Notes: generated from the letters alone by a model not told the origin. DNA of 64,000 nt from an uncultured Parasphingorhabdus sp. (GCA_951813595.1 CATOTQ010000003.1:10860-74859), one strand, 5' to 3'. Numbered from the stretch's first letter, positions 26,553 through 35,759 are shown. Numbers and translations: made by a program.

Positions 26553-28265
26553 TTAGCCAGCTTGTTTGACCGGGCTTTCCTCGCGGATAAAATCTATAAC
26601 AGGATATCCATTAGCGGCGGTATCATCCAGCATCTTGCGGTATTTTGGATTGCCGCCAACATAGCCCAATGGGCGTTCCAATGCTTTGTCGCGTCCTTCG
26701 ATATTCGGATTAATGCCCGCAGCCCAGTTTGTAGCTTTCCTCAAGAGGAGCTTGTCGCGTGCACGGATGACTTCCCTGTTCCAGTCTTCCACAGCTTCGG
26801 GTTGGACGTCAAATTGCACTATTCCATTGTCGCGAACATGGGTCAGAAGATCGGCCGTCCACTCCACACACATTTCAATCGCGCGGGGGAAGTTAATGGC
26901 AGCGCCACCGCTTTGCGGCCCCGCGGGGAATATCATATTGGGAAAGCCATTAGCGAGCATACCATAAAAGGTAGCAGGGCCATCTTTCCATTTTTCGTTC
27001 AGCTGCTGGCCGCCGATTCCGCGAATATCAATTGCGGTGTAAGAGCCCATGCCGGCGTCAAATCCGGTCGCAAACACAATAATGTCGAGATCAATAACGC
27101 GTTGTGACGTCTGAATGCCCTCCGGGACAACCCGTTCAATGGGTTCCTTGGGAAGCTGGACCAGATGCACATTGTCGCGGTTGTAGGCTTCGTAATATTT
27201 GGTTTCCATTGGCACCCGTTGAACCCCGAAACCATGATCCTTGGGGATCAACGCCTCGGCGGTTTCGGGATCATTGACGCGGCGGCGAATTCGGTCAGCG
27301 ATATATTCGGAAAATTCGGCGTTGGCCTCTTCTTCGGTAAAGATTTCGACAAAATTGCGCAGCAGCACCGAAAAGCCGGACATGTCATAGAGATTGTCCC
27401 AAAATGCCAGTCTTTCTTCGCGGCTCATGCTGTGAAAGCCTCGGCGGTCCGGTACGTGTTCGAATCCGCCGGGGGTATTCAGGCAGGTTTCAAATATCTC
27501 GTCATACCGCGAGCGAATTTTCGTCATCTGTTCTTTGCTTACGGGGGAGTTGTTGAGCGGTGCGCACCAGTTGGCTTGCAGCTGAAAGACATGAAGTTCC
27601 GCGACCTCACTGGCGATCGTTTGGATTACTTGTACTCCAGTTGCACCAGTGCCGACCACTCCGACTTTCTTGCTTTTCAGGTCAATCCCTTCATGGGGCC
27701 AGTCAAACGTATGAAACCAACGGCCATTGAAATCATCCATCCCCTCAAAATTTGGCAAAGTCTTGTAAGATAATGCACCAAGGGCGGGTATAAAGTAGCG
27801 GCAGGTTAGCTGCTCGCCATCGGCCAATGTAAGGCGCCAGATGGAATTTCCCTCATCGAAATAGGCTTTTTCCACTGACTTGTTGAACCGGATGTGGGGG
27901 CGCAGGTTCAGTTTGTCGGCCACAAAATTGGTATATTTCAGGTTCTCCGGCTGTGGTGAAAAATGCTCCGCCCAGTCCCACTCATCGAGCAGTTCCTTGT
28001 TGAAGGAATAGCCGTAGGTGTAGCTTTCGGAATCAAAGCGGCAGCCGGGATAGCGATTGTTGAACCATGTCCCACCAACATCGGCATTGCGTTCCAGCGT
28101 GATAACATCGAAACCGGTTTCCAGCAATTTGTGCAACTGATACAATCCGGTCATTCCCGAGCCGATTATGATGGCTTCGTGATGTTCAACTCCGGATGGT
28201 TTTGCATCGTCTGCCGCGCTGATCGCTTCATGTTTGGTCACTCGGCCCACCCTTTTTAATTGCAA
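26553..28265 (-). CDS. type I Baeyer-Villiger monooxygenase (FAD/NADPH)
   Basis: FAD motif IIGSGMTG, BVMO fingerprint FNGRWFHTFDWP (FxGxxxHxxxWP), NADP motif GVVGTGATG. Confidence 0.9.
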   Translation of the reverse strand: MQLKRVGRVTKHEAISAADDAKPSGVEHHEAIIIGSGMTGLYQLHKLLETGFDVITLERNADVGGTWFNNRYPGCRFDSESYTYGYSFNKELLDEWDWAEHFSPQPENLKYTNFVADKLNLRPHIRFNKSVEKAYFDEGNSIWRLTLADGEQLTCRYFIPALGALSYKTLPNFEGMDDFNGRWFHTFDWPHEGIDLKSKKVGVVGTGATGVQVIQTIASEVAELHVFQLQANWCAPLNNSPVSKEQMTKIRSRYDEIFETCLNTPGGFEHVPDRRGFHSMSREERLAFWDNLYDMSGFSVLLRNFVEIFTEEEANAEFSEYIADRIRRRVNDPETAEALIPKDHGFGVQRVPMETKYYEAYNRDNVHLVQLPKEPIERVVPEGIQTSQRVIDLDIIVFATGFDAGMGSYTAIDIRGIGGQQLNEKWKDGPATFYGMLANGFPNMIFPAGPQSGGAAINFPRAIEMCVEWTADLLTHVRDNGIVQFDVQPEAVEDWNREVIRARDKLLLRKATNWAAGINPNIEGRDKALERPLGYVGGNPKYRKMLDDTAANGYPVIDFIREESPVKQAG

Positions 28266-28308
28266 ATACCTATTTGATTCGCGCCAATTATTCTGCCTTT
28301 CACTCCAG

Positions 28309-28346
28309 CTTGCAATTAATTAACTAGTTGGTCAATTAATTGCAAG
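28309..28346. promoter_or_regulatory. perfect 13-bp inverted repeat CTTGCAATTAATT-N12-AATTAATTGCAAG upstream of the BVMO gene
   Basis: Read directly. The spacer contains the AACTAGTT palindrome and a GGTCAATT half-site. Confidence 0.45.
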
Positions 28347-28398
28347 ATTATTCTGCTAGCAGTTGGAACTTTCTCCGAAACCCCTTCCGATACGCCAG

Positions 28399-29976
28399 CT
28401 ACGCTGCGGTTACAGATACTTCTTTTTCCAGTAGTGTCCGCAGTTCCGCCTTCGCGATTTTGTTTAGAGTGGCACGTGGCAACTCATCGACGATGCGCAC
28501 TTCGCGTGGCCGTTTGAAGTCGGCCAGCGCCGTTTCGCAGGCTGCGGCAATTTCTTGTTCAATGTTATCGGCGTTTGGTCCTGGAATGACAAAGGCCACT
28601 GGTATCTCGTTCAGAAATTTGTCAGGTCTTGCCACCACCGCGACTTCACGGACGCCTGGCACGCCCATGATTACACGCTCGACCTCGGATGCCGCAACAT
28701 TTTCGCCGCCGACTTTCAGCATATCCTTGCTGCGATCTGCAAAGCGAATTGAACCGTCTTTCTGCAAGGTGCATCGATCACCTGTGAGGAAAAAGCCCTC
28801 CTCATCGAAGCTTTCGGCGGTGGCCCCGGGATTATTGAGATAGTGATGGAAGAGAGTGAGGCTAGGAATACCTTTGATTTTCAAGTCTCCAGTCTCACCT
28901 GGGGCGACAGGTCCGCCGCCGGCATTGACGATAGAAATCTCGTAAAATGGTGAGGGGCGGCCCAGCATCATAGGTGTATTTTCAAGATAGGGCGAGGTAA
29001 CAATTCCAACGGTTGTCGTTTCTGTCATACCCCACCAGCCCACGGTCTTTACGCCGAATTTCTTGTCCAATGCGGGCATTGAAATTCCGTAACCCCAATA
29101 GCGGAAATTGTGATCCGGAATATCCAGATCACCGATTGCGGCGATGCAAAACGGAACCAGCGAACACCAGGTGCATTGATGTTTGATTGCCACCGGCCAG
29201 AAGCGGCTAGCCGAAAACCGCGGTTGCAATACGAGCGTTGCGCCGACCTGAAGTGAAGCAAGAAAGGAATTGGATATGGCATTCATATGAAACAGTGGCA
29301 GGAAACACTGGTGAATATCGTCGGGCGTCAGCCCTTCGTGAAAAGCTGTGGCCCGGGCCGCCCAGAGGCCGTTGGCATGAGTCCAAACGACACCTTTGGG
29401 CCGCGAGGTAGTGCCAGATGTATACATGACGCAAAGGGGATCAAACGGGTCGGCCCTTGTGGCTGAAAAGCCCTCAGGGTCGGCAAACAGGTCTTCAAAG
29501 GATTTGAAGCTGCTGAGATCTGCGCTCGCCGCGCTACCGTCATTTTCGGTTGATGTAACCGCAATCCATTGAAGCCCAGGGCAATTGTCGCGCAGCAGTT
29601 CAGCATATTTTGGCTGGGTGATTGCTGCCACTGCGCCGCAATTATCTGCAAAATAGTTGATTTCATCGCCTACGGACCGCGTATTGGTTGTTACCGCGAC
29701 TGCTCCGATGCGGGCACAAGCCGCCCATGCAAATAGAAAGTCCGGGCAATTGTCGAGATGGATAAGCACAAAATCCCCGCGCTTTATCCCCTGAGCCTGA
29801 ATGCCAGCCGCAAGCTTGATCGTTTCCTTGCTAAACTCTGCAAAAGTCCAGCGTTGTGATTTGCCCTCAAAAGGTTCCCAAATTAGAAACGGTTGCTCGC
29901 CGATCAAACGCGCCTGCATGTCTAGCAGATCAGGCAGCTGCATGTCGTTAAACGCGTGAAGTGCAGGAATATTCAT
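28399..29976 (-). CDS. AMP-forming acyl-CoA synthetase/ligase
   Basis: AMP-binding motif MYTSGTTSRPKGVVWTH. C-terminal GDLKIKG...TGD...DGSIRFADRSKDMLKVGGENV. Confidence 0.9.
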   Translation of the reverse strand: MNIPALHAFNDMQLPDLLDMQARLIGEQPFLIWEPFEGKSQRWTFAEFSKETIKLAAGIQAQGIKRGDFVLIHLDNCPDFLFAWAACARIGAVAVTTNTRSVGDEINYFADNCGAVAAITQPKYAELLRDNCPGLQWIAVTSTENDGSAASADLSSFKSFEDLFADPEGFSATRADPFDPLCVMYTSGTTSRPKGVVWTHANGLWAARATAFHEGLTPDDIHQCFLPLFHMNAISNSFLASLQVGATLVLQPRFSASRFWPVAIKHQCTWCSLVPFCIAAIGDLDIPDHNFRYWGYGISMPALDKKFGVKTVGWWGMTETTTVGIVTSPYLENTPMMLGRPSPFYEISIVNAGGGPVAPGETGDLKIKGIPSLTLFHHYLNNPGATAESFDEEGFFLTGDRCTLQKDGSIRFADRSKDMLKVGGENVAASEVERVIMGVPGVREVAVVARPDKFLNEIPVAFVIPGPNADNIEQEIAAACETALADFKRPREVRIVDELPRATLNKIAKAELRTLLEKEVSVTAA

Positions 29977-29979
29977 AGT

Positions 29980-31166
29980 TTCTGCCCAGTTTTCTTTTTG
30001 ATTGTTGCATGCTGTCTTAATTCTTGCTTATAATCTATCATCTGGTTAATAAAGTCAATCGGAAAATGAGCGGGCTGGTCGACTCGGTGGAGGTGCGTCT
30101 GCTGTATCAGGGAGTACAATCACAATGTATGTGAGGATGTATCATCGTGCGCATGTCAACGCATCGGTTGAAGAGTGCTGGGGCGTTTTCACTGAGCATG
30201 AACGCTTCAAGGAATGGACCAGCATTGACTGGAAAATCGACACACCTGGAAAGGAAGAGCGCAACGGATTAGGCTGCGTTCGATATGCCGATAGCTATGC
30301 TGGATCGTCGGAACCGGCGGTTGAGTTGGTCAATATCTGGCAGCCGCATCGCATCTATGGTTATCACTTTACCAGCGGTATCCCGGTGTTGAGACATCAA
30401 GGTGTTGTCCGTTTTTGGCCGCTTGATAACGGGGGTTGTGAATGGGTATATGATCTACGCATTGAGCCAACGCCGGAAGTATTGGAGGAGGCACCGGAGT
30501 TTGTGACCGATTCTCAGGCAGGTTTCCTATTCTTCATGGCCGATATTGAAGCGGAATGTGAGAGGCGGGCGTTTGACATTGATTTGCCTGCCATGCCGCT
30601 GCCGGTCGAGACGCCGCTTGATATCAGCGCAATGGGAGGAAACTAATCATGGAGTTTCCAAGACGATTTTTCCACCGTGCCAAAGTTAATGTTCCGGTAT
30701 CAGTGGCATGGGATGTATTTACCGACCATGAGCGGATGGGTGAATATACCGACACAGTTTGCCGAATAACGAGACCGGGCGATACCGAACGTAACGGACT
30801 TGGTTGTGTCCGGTTACTGGGCGTACGAGAGAATAACCTGCCCGATGTGGAAGAGGTTGTGAATTTTTGGGAACCCAACAAGCTGTTTGGTTATCATGTG
30901 ACTTCCGGTGCGCCTATTAGCCACCATCAGGGGCTCATCATGTTCCATGATCGGGGTCCGCACAAATCAGAATGGGTATATAACATGCGCCTGACGGCAT
31001 TGCCGGAAATCCTGGAGGCAACACCGGAATTTTATGACGTGTTTGATGAAGGCTTCAGGCAATTTATGAAAAATGCGGAATGCGAATGCGAACGGCGCGG
31101 GGCGGAAGAAGATCTATTCAGCCCGCCAGCAATTCCGCCATTGTTGTCTGAGCAAGGTGGGCAGTT
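29980..31166 (+). repeat. segmental duplication copy A (1187 bp, identical to 37467..38653)
   Basis: Constant offset of 7487. Both encoded proteins are identical over the shared part, and every nucleotide stretch I compared was identical. Both boundaries are sharp. Confidence 0.9.
30125..30646 (+). CDS. SRPBCC-family protein (pair member a, copy A)
   Basis: 173 aa, START/cyclase-like pattern. Paralogous to the next gene. Identical to 37612..38133. Confidence 0.7.
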   Translation: MYVRMYHRAHVNASVEECWGVFTEHERFKEWTSIDWKIDTPGKEERNGLGCVRYADSYAGSSEPAVELVNIWQPHRIYGYHFTSGIPVLRHQGVVRFWPLDNGGCEWVYDLRIEPTPEVLEEAPEFVTDSQAGFLFFMADIEAECERRAFDIDLPAMPLPVETPLDISAMGGN

Positions 31167-31176
31167 GACCACTTGA
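30649..31176 (+). CDS. SRPBCC-family protein (pair member b, copy A)
   Basis: 175 aa. It shares HRA.VN..V...W.VFT.HER...(W/Y)T, ERNGLGCVR, W.P....GYH.TSG with member a. It differs from 38136..38663 only in its last 2 residues, past the repeat edge. Confidence 0.7.
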   Translation: MEFPRRFFHRAKVNVPVSVAWDVFTDHERMGEYTDTVCRITRPGDTERNGLGCVRLLGVRENNLPDVEEVVNFWEPNKLFGYHVTSGAPISHHQGLIMFHDRGPHKSEWVYNMRLTALPEILEATPEFYDVFDEGFRQFMKNAECECERRGAEEDLFSPPAIPPLLSEQGGQLTT

Positions 31177-31403
31177 AATCACATCAGAATATGATCGGAG
31201 GATTATATCGAAAATCAGGCAACTTCTGCATCGAATGCAGGCGCGGATATGGAAACGGTGTTATGCATCCGGACGAAACCTCGGCCATTGACGTCCTGGC
31301 GGAGCCAGTCAGGGACGTTGCAACAGTACTTCATGCGGCAGGGCCGATTGTTCAAGGGCGAAGACGAGATGATGGCCGGGTACTGGATAACTTGTGCATT
31401 TGA
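31173..31403 (+). pseudogene. diverged 5-prime stump of a family-B P450 gene
   Basis: GVMHPDETSAIDVLAEPVRDVATVLHAAGPIVQGRRRDDGRVLDNL aligns with the N-terminus of P450 38674 (GMFSHPDHTAEIDARSDPVTEIADTVFPLGPVIKGRGLENGTFVEF). It ends after ~76 codons and nothing P450-like follows. Confidence 0.6.
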
Positions 31404-31484
31404 GCGTTAACGTCACCGAAGAGCGATATGCTCGACTGTTGCAAATTCGCTACACCGATGGAGTTTTCTACAATTTGATAAAAT

Positions 31485-31502
31485 AAATTGACCGGTCAAT
31501 TT
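31485..31502. promoter_or_regulatory. perfect 18-bp palindrome AAATTGACCGGTCAATTT upstream of the TonB-dependent receptor gene
   Basis: Read directly, ~115 nt upstream of the ATG at 31618. Candidate dimeric repressor operator. Confidence 0.5.
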
Positions 31503-31617
31503 GAAAATTATAGCGTAGCATGTTAGCGGTTTGCACAAAATGGATCGTTGATGGCGGTTTGGGCCCGTTCCTTTGCGCGATAAGAGCGCAGGCTATGGGA
31601 ATATAGGAGAGGAAAAT

Positions 31618-33885
31618 ATGATGACTTCGAGCAATTTGAAGACGCGACTGCTGGCGACGGCAGGCGTTGCGATGGTAATGACATCTGCGCCGGCTTGGGC
31701 ACAGGATGATGTCGCTGAAGATGATGAAAATGTGATCATCGTTGAAGGTAAACGCGGCGCCACGGACCTCAGCGTGACTGCAGGAACAGTGAATGTTCTC
31801 ACGGGCGATGATCTGACGAACCGCGAAATTGGAAATCCGGAAGATTTGCGTACAGCGGTGTCTGGCGTTTATATTGATGAAGGCAGCTCGGCGCCGCGCA
31901 TTTCAATCCGCGGGGTTGGTTTCGACAATTTTCAGGTTCAGGCTGAGAATGGTGTAACCACCTATATGGATGGGGTGATAATCCAGCGGACGGGGGCCGC
32001 TCTGGGCGCATTTAACGATCTTGCGCAGATCGATGTACTCAAGGGACCGCAGGGGTCCGCCTTTGGCCGCAATGCGACCGGTGGTTCCATCAATATGATT
32101 ACTAAGAAGCCTGAAGATGGTTTTACCGGTGAAATCGGTATTACTTATGGCAGTTTTGACCGCATCAAAGCGGGTGGCGTACTGAATTATGGTAGCGACG
32201 TTGCGGGTATTCGCGTCTCCGGATTTTACGAGGACCAGAACGGCTTTTATACCAATACCGTTACCGGCAACAAGCTCGGCGGAAAGGAGCAGATCGTATT
32301 TCGCGTAGTTGCTAACGCTGAGCCGACGGACAATCTGTCGCTGACTTATACGATGAACTATATTGATTTCAAAGGATCGAGCAACGGCAACGCCTACACG
32401 ACGCAAGCGTCGGCAGATTTTGCAGCTTCCTACGCGGCGTTGCTCCCTGGACAGTTCAATTCGCTGCTTCCCCGGGTCAGCCAGACTGAAGTTGCTGATG
32501 ATCGCTATGTTGTTGCCAACAGGTTCGATCCCTTCTCAGAAAATCAGAACTTCTTTCACGCTTTGAATGCGGAACTGGATCTCGGCGGGGTTACCCTGAA
32601 ATCAATTACGGGGCTCATCCATTTTGACAGTCTCTGGGGGTCGGACGTTTCTGCACCGACTGCATTTGCAGAGGGATTAGTTTCCGTCCCCCAATTCAAG
32701 GTAGGTTCCACTCAGTTTTCTCAGGAATTTTTGTTAAACGGCGAATCGGATTTTCTGGATTGGGTGGTGGGTGCTTATTATCTGAGAGAGAGAGCGACCG
32801 ACGAAACTTTTTTCGATTTCAACAGCTTAGCAATTTTAGGCCCCTCTGGATTTCCGGTCGGGACCCAAGTTTTTATAGACAATGGCCAAAAGCTTGAATC
32901 CTACGCCTTTTTTGCCGATGGGCAGTTCAAGATCACCGATCGATTTAGGCTGAATGCCGGTCTGCGTTGGACCAATGACAAGAAAGAGGCCTTTGGTGCA
33001 GGTCAGGTAGCCCGTCTACCTTTTCCTGGCATTCCTGACATTCCGCTTACTGCGCTTCCCGGAAATTCCCTGGACGGACTTTCGGTTAAAAGCGACAAGC
33101 TGACCTGGCAGTTTGGCCTGGAATATGATTTCACCGACGATGTCTTTGGATATCTCCGTGTGGCGCGTGGATACAAGGCAGGGGGAATTAACAATAATGA
33201 TGGAGCAACCTACCTTCCAGAAACCCTGGACAGTTATGAGGCAGGAATTCGCGTAGATCTTTATCCCGTCAATTTTGCACTGGCCGCCTTTTATAATAAG
33301 TATAAGGATATCCAGGTGTTTGTAACGCCGCCAGGGGGTTCTACGCCGGCTATTGTCAATGCTGCGAGCGGAACCATCGCCGGGGTCGATTTTGAAGGAT
33401 CGATCGAGATTGTCGAGGGCCTTAGCATCGATACTCGGCTCACTTGGATGCCAGAAGCGGAATATGACAATTTCACGGGCGTCGATCCACTCAGCCGCGG
33501 TGCAACCGATTATTCCGGGTTTCGCCTGAGCCGGTCGCCGGAATTTACCGGCGTCTTTGGCATCAATTTCAATTCTGATGTCTCGGACAAGTGGTCGGTC
33601 AATGCGCGGGCGGAACTCTATACAACCAGTAGCATTGCCTTCAACCAAAGCGCGTTTCTGCGCCCTGCTGAACTGACACAATCCGGATACAGTCTGATCA
33701 ATCTCAACTTTGGCGTAACCTATGATGACCGAATTGATCTGCGCCTGTACGGCAAGAATATCGGAAATCAATTCTATCTTACGACCATTGTCGAAGGAAG
33801 CTGTGTCCCGACGTTGGGTTGTTTCCAATATGGTTCATATGGGCGGCCCGATGAGTGGGGCGCTGAATTGAGGTTTAGATTCTGA
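31618..33885 (+). CDS. TonB-dependent outer-membrane receptor
   Basis: Signal peptide LLATAGVAMVMTSAPAWAQD, plug/TonB-box region ENVIIVEGKR, C-terminal beta-barrel ending ELRFRF. GGAGAGG RBS before ATG 31618. Confidence 0.9.
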   Translation: MMTSSNLKTRLLATAGVAMVMTSAPAWAQDDVAEDDENVIIVEGKRGATDLSVTAGTVNVLTGDDLTNREIGNPEDLRTAVSGVYIDEGSSAPRISIRGVGFDNFQVQAENGVTTYMDGVIIQRTGAALGAFNDLAQIDVLKGPQGSAFGRNATGGSINMITKKPEDGFTGEIGITYGSFDRIKAGGVLNYGSDVAGIRVSGFYEDQNGFYTNTVTGNKLGGKEQIVFRVVANAEPTDNLSLTYTMNYIDFKGSSNGNAYTTQASADFAASYAALLPGQFNSLLPRVSQTEVADDRYVVANRFDPFSENQNFFHALNAELDLGGVTLKSITGLIHFDSLWGSDVSAPTAFAEGLVSVPQFKVGSTQFSQEFLLNGESDFLDWVVGAYYLRERATDETFFDFNSLAILGPSGFPVGTQVFIDNGQKLESYAFFADGQFKITDRFRLNAGLRWTNDKKEAFGAGQVARLPFPGIPDIPLTALPGNSLDGLSVKSDKLTWQFGLEYDFTDDVFGYLRVARGYKAGGINNNDGATYLPETLDSYEAGIRVDLYPVNFALAAFYNKYKDIQVFVTPPGGSTPAIVNAASGTIAGVDFEGSIEIVEGLSIDTRLTWMPEAEYDNFTGVDPLSRGATDYSGFRLSRSPEFTGVFGINFNSDVSDKWSVNARAELYTTSSIAFNQSAFLRPAELTQSGYSLINLNFGVTYDDRIDLRLYGKNIGNQFYLTTIVEGSCVPTLGCFQYGSYGRPDEWGAELRFRF

Positions 33886-33914
33886 TCTGGGGGTATTAAA
33901 GGTCAGAGCGAAAA

Positions 33915-33963
33915 GGCCCAGAACTCTCTCTCCCGTTGGTTCTGGGCCTTTCTATTTGTTTTT
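33915..33963 (+). terminator. Rho-independent terminator
   Basis: Stem GGCCCAGAAC (33915-33924) / GTTCTGGGCC (33939-33948), 14-nt loop, then TTTCTATTTGTTTTT. Confidence 0.8.
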
Positions 33964-34008
33964 AAGGCACCGCTAGATGTCCAGTGTTACATGATTGGAG
34001 GAGCAGAA

Positions 34009-34491
34009 ATGACCGACGTTTTTCGCGCAAGAATTATCAACCAGATGCGGGTAAGTGCGCCTGCAGCTGATGTCTGGGATGTGCTGACAGACTGGGCAGG
34101 TACAGACAGATTGCGCCGTCCGGAATCGGCCAGCGGTCCCTTGTCCGTTGAGCGCGTGGAGATGGAGGGCGATCCGGGTAGCACGCCGCGCACGCGTGTT
34201 TTCCATTTCAACTCGGACCTTCCCGTGGTGAAGGAAACCCTGTTTCACCAGGACGATGAGATGCGCCATTTCTACTATAATATCGAAGGCGTTGGTCCGC
34301 TTGGCATTCGCAACTATTTGGCGACAACCGATGTGGATGAACTATCGGATTCAATGAGCCAGGTAACCATCGCTGCGCGTTTTGATGTGCCGGAAGGTGT
34401 CGATGTTATTCAGGCTAAGAATATAATCAATGCCGCGCATAACGGTGTAATGCTGGGCTTGAAATATAATCTTGAACCCAAAGACAATTGA
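34009..34491 (+). CDS. SRPBCC-family protein
   Basis: RVSAPAADVWDVLTDWAGTDRL is the typical SRPBCC N-terminus. GGAGGA RBS before ATG 34009. Confidence 0.65.
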   Translation: MTDVFRARIINQMRVSAPAADVWDVLTDWAGTDRLRRPESASGPLSVERVEMEGDPGSTPRTRVFHFNSDLPVVKETLFHQDDEMRHFYYNIEGVGPLGIRNYLATTDVDELSDSMSQVTIAARFDVPEGVDVIQAKNIINAAHNGVMLGLKYNLEPKDN

Positions 34492-34522
34492 TCGAATTGG
34501 GCCCAGTCTACATGGACATAAC

Positions 34523-35629
34523 CTATGCCGACATCGTTTCAGCCATCATCGCAATTGGAGGCGCTTGCTCGTTAACGAATGTCGCCCATTCTTCATCCGG
34601 TAAGTCAGAACGCATTGTCATGAACCGCGCGTACAATATCCCGCATTGCCAAGCGGCATAGATACGATAAAAGCGCAACTTGGCCATGTCAATGTCGCGC
34701 CCCAGTGCCTTGCTGTAAATCTCGATCATTTCATCATATGAGGGCCATCCGGGCAATGAAGGTGTTTCGCCCATTGCTTCGGTGCTACGCAGAAACTGAA
34801 GATCAAAGGTGAGCCAGAAACCCAGATCGGTCTCAGGCTCTCCGCAGCTGACCAGATCCCAGTCGATAATGGCATTACATTTGTCAAGTTGAAACAACAT
34901 GTTCCCCGGCCGTGCATCACCCCATGATACGACGAGGTCGGACTGTTGCGGTTTATTGTCTTCAAGCCACTGGCGTGTTTCTTTTACCAAATCGAGCGGC
35001 TCATCTCGCCAACCCACGGCGGTAAATCGATCCCAACGGGCGATATCCCAGTCTAATTCGCTCTGGCCCGGAGCCGCGCGCAATAGAAAATCAGCACCAA
35101 GCTGGTCTATCGTTTTGCTATGCAGTTTGGCCAGCGCTTCAAGGCCCGACACACAAACGGCGCGCTGCTGTTCTTCAGAGGCATCCTTTACCCAGCCGCC
35201 CGCATAAAAGGGCGGTCGATCTGGCGTTGGTTCGCCCGGCACAAAACCCAATATATAGAAAGGTGATCCGGCAACAGATGGATCGGCCTCATATCCATAT
35301 GTCGGCGCCACAGGCGCGTGTCCCGTGGTATGCAGCAATTCCTGAATGCGATACTCCGCCTCGAAATCGTGATCGGGGAAGTAGATAAGCTTGGTCGGTT
35401 TACGCTTCAGCAGATATTTCTGCTCGCCGGCTTCAGGCGTAGACACTGCGATGATGAAGGATTCGCCAGCAAATCCGTTTGCTTCACTCGAAGTTGGCTC
35501 GACGGATTGCAATGTGGCGGTGCCATTGATTTGCAAATTGGTTCCAACCCATTGAGACAACGAATCGAAATACCTATCCAAATCCCTTGTTTGTGGTTTC
35601 TCGCCTAAAGATTGCTGGGTATCTACCAT
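34523..35629 (-). CDS. APH-fold phosphotransferase (small-molecule kinase), second copy
   Basis: VVSWGDARPGNMLF...AIIDWDLVSCGEPETDLGFW (catalytic-loop D..N and DWD pattern). Confidence 0.75.
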   Translation of the reverse strand: MVDTQQSLGEKPQTRDLDRYFDSLSQWVGTNLQINGTATLQSVEPTSSEANGFAGESFIIAVSTPEAGEQKYLLKRKPTKLIYFPDHDFEAEYRIQELLHTTGHAPVAPTYGYEADPSVAGSPFYILGFVPGEPTPDRPPFYAGGWVKDASEEQQRAVCVSGLEALAKLHSKTIDQLGADFLLRAAPGQSELDWDIARWDRFTAVGWRDEPLDLVKETRQWLEDNKPQQSDLVVSWGDARPGNMLFQLDKCNAIIDWDLVSCGEPETDLGFWLTFDLQFLRSTEAMGETPSLPGWPSYDEMIEIYSKALGRDIDMAKLRFYRIYAAWQCGILYARFMTMRSDLPDEEWATFVNEQAPPIAMMAETMSA

Positions 35630-35759
35630 CTACAGCGCCCATCCTTCTTAAAATTGTCTCCGCCGGCTTGCGGCTTCTGGTCTTGATTTTGATTTCCTTA
35701 TATCATAATCTATCACCCAATCAATTCAATATTCTTTGCTTAGCCTGAAGGAGGCAGAA

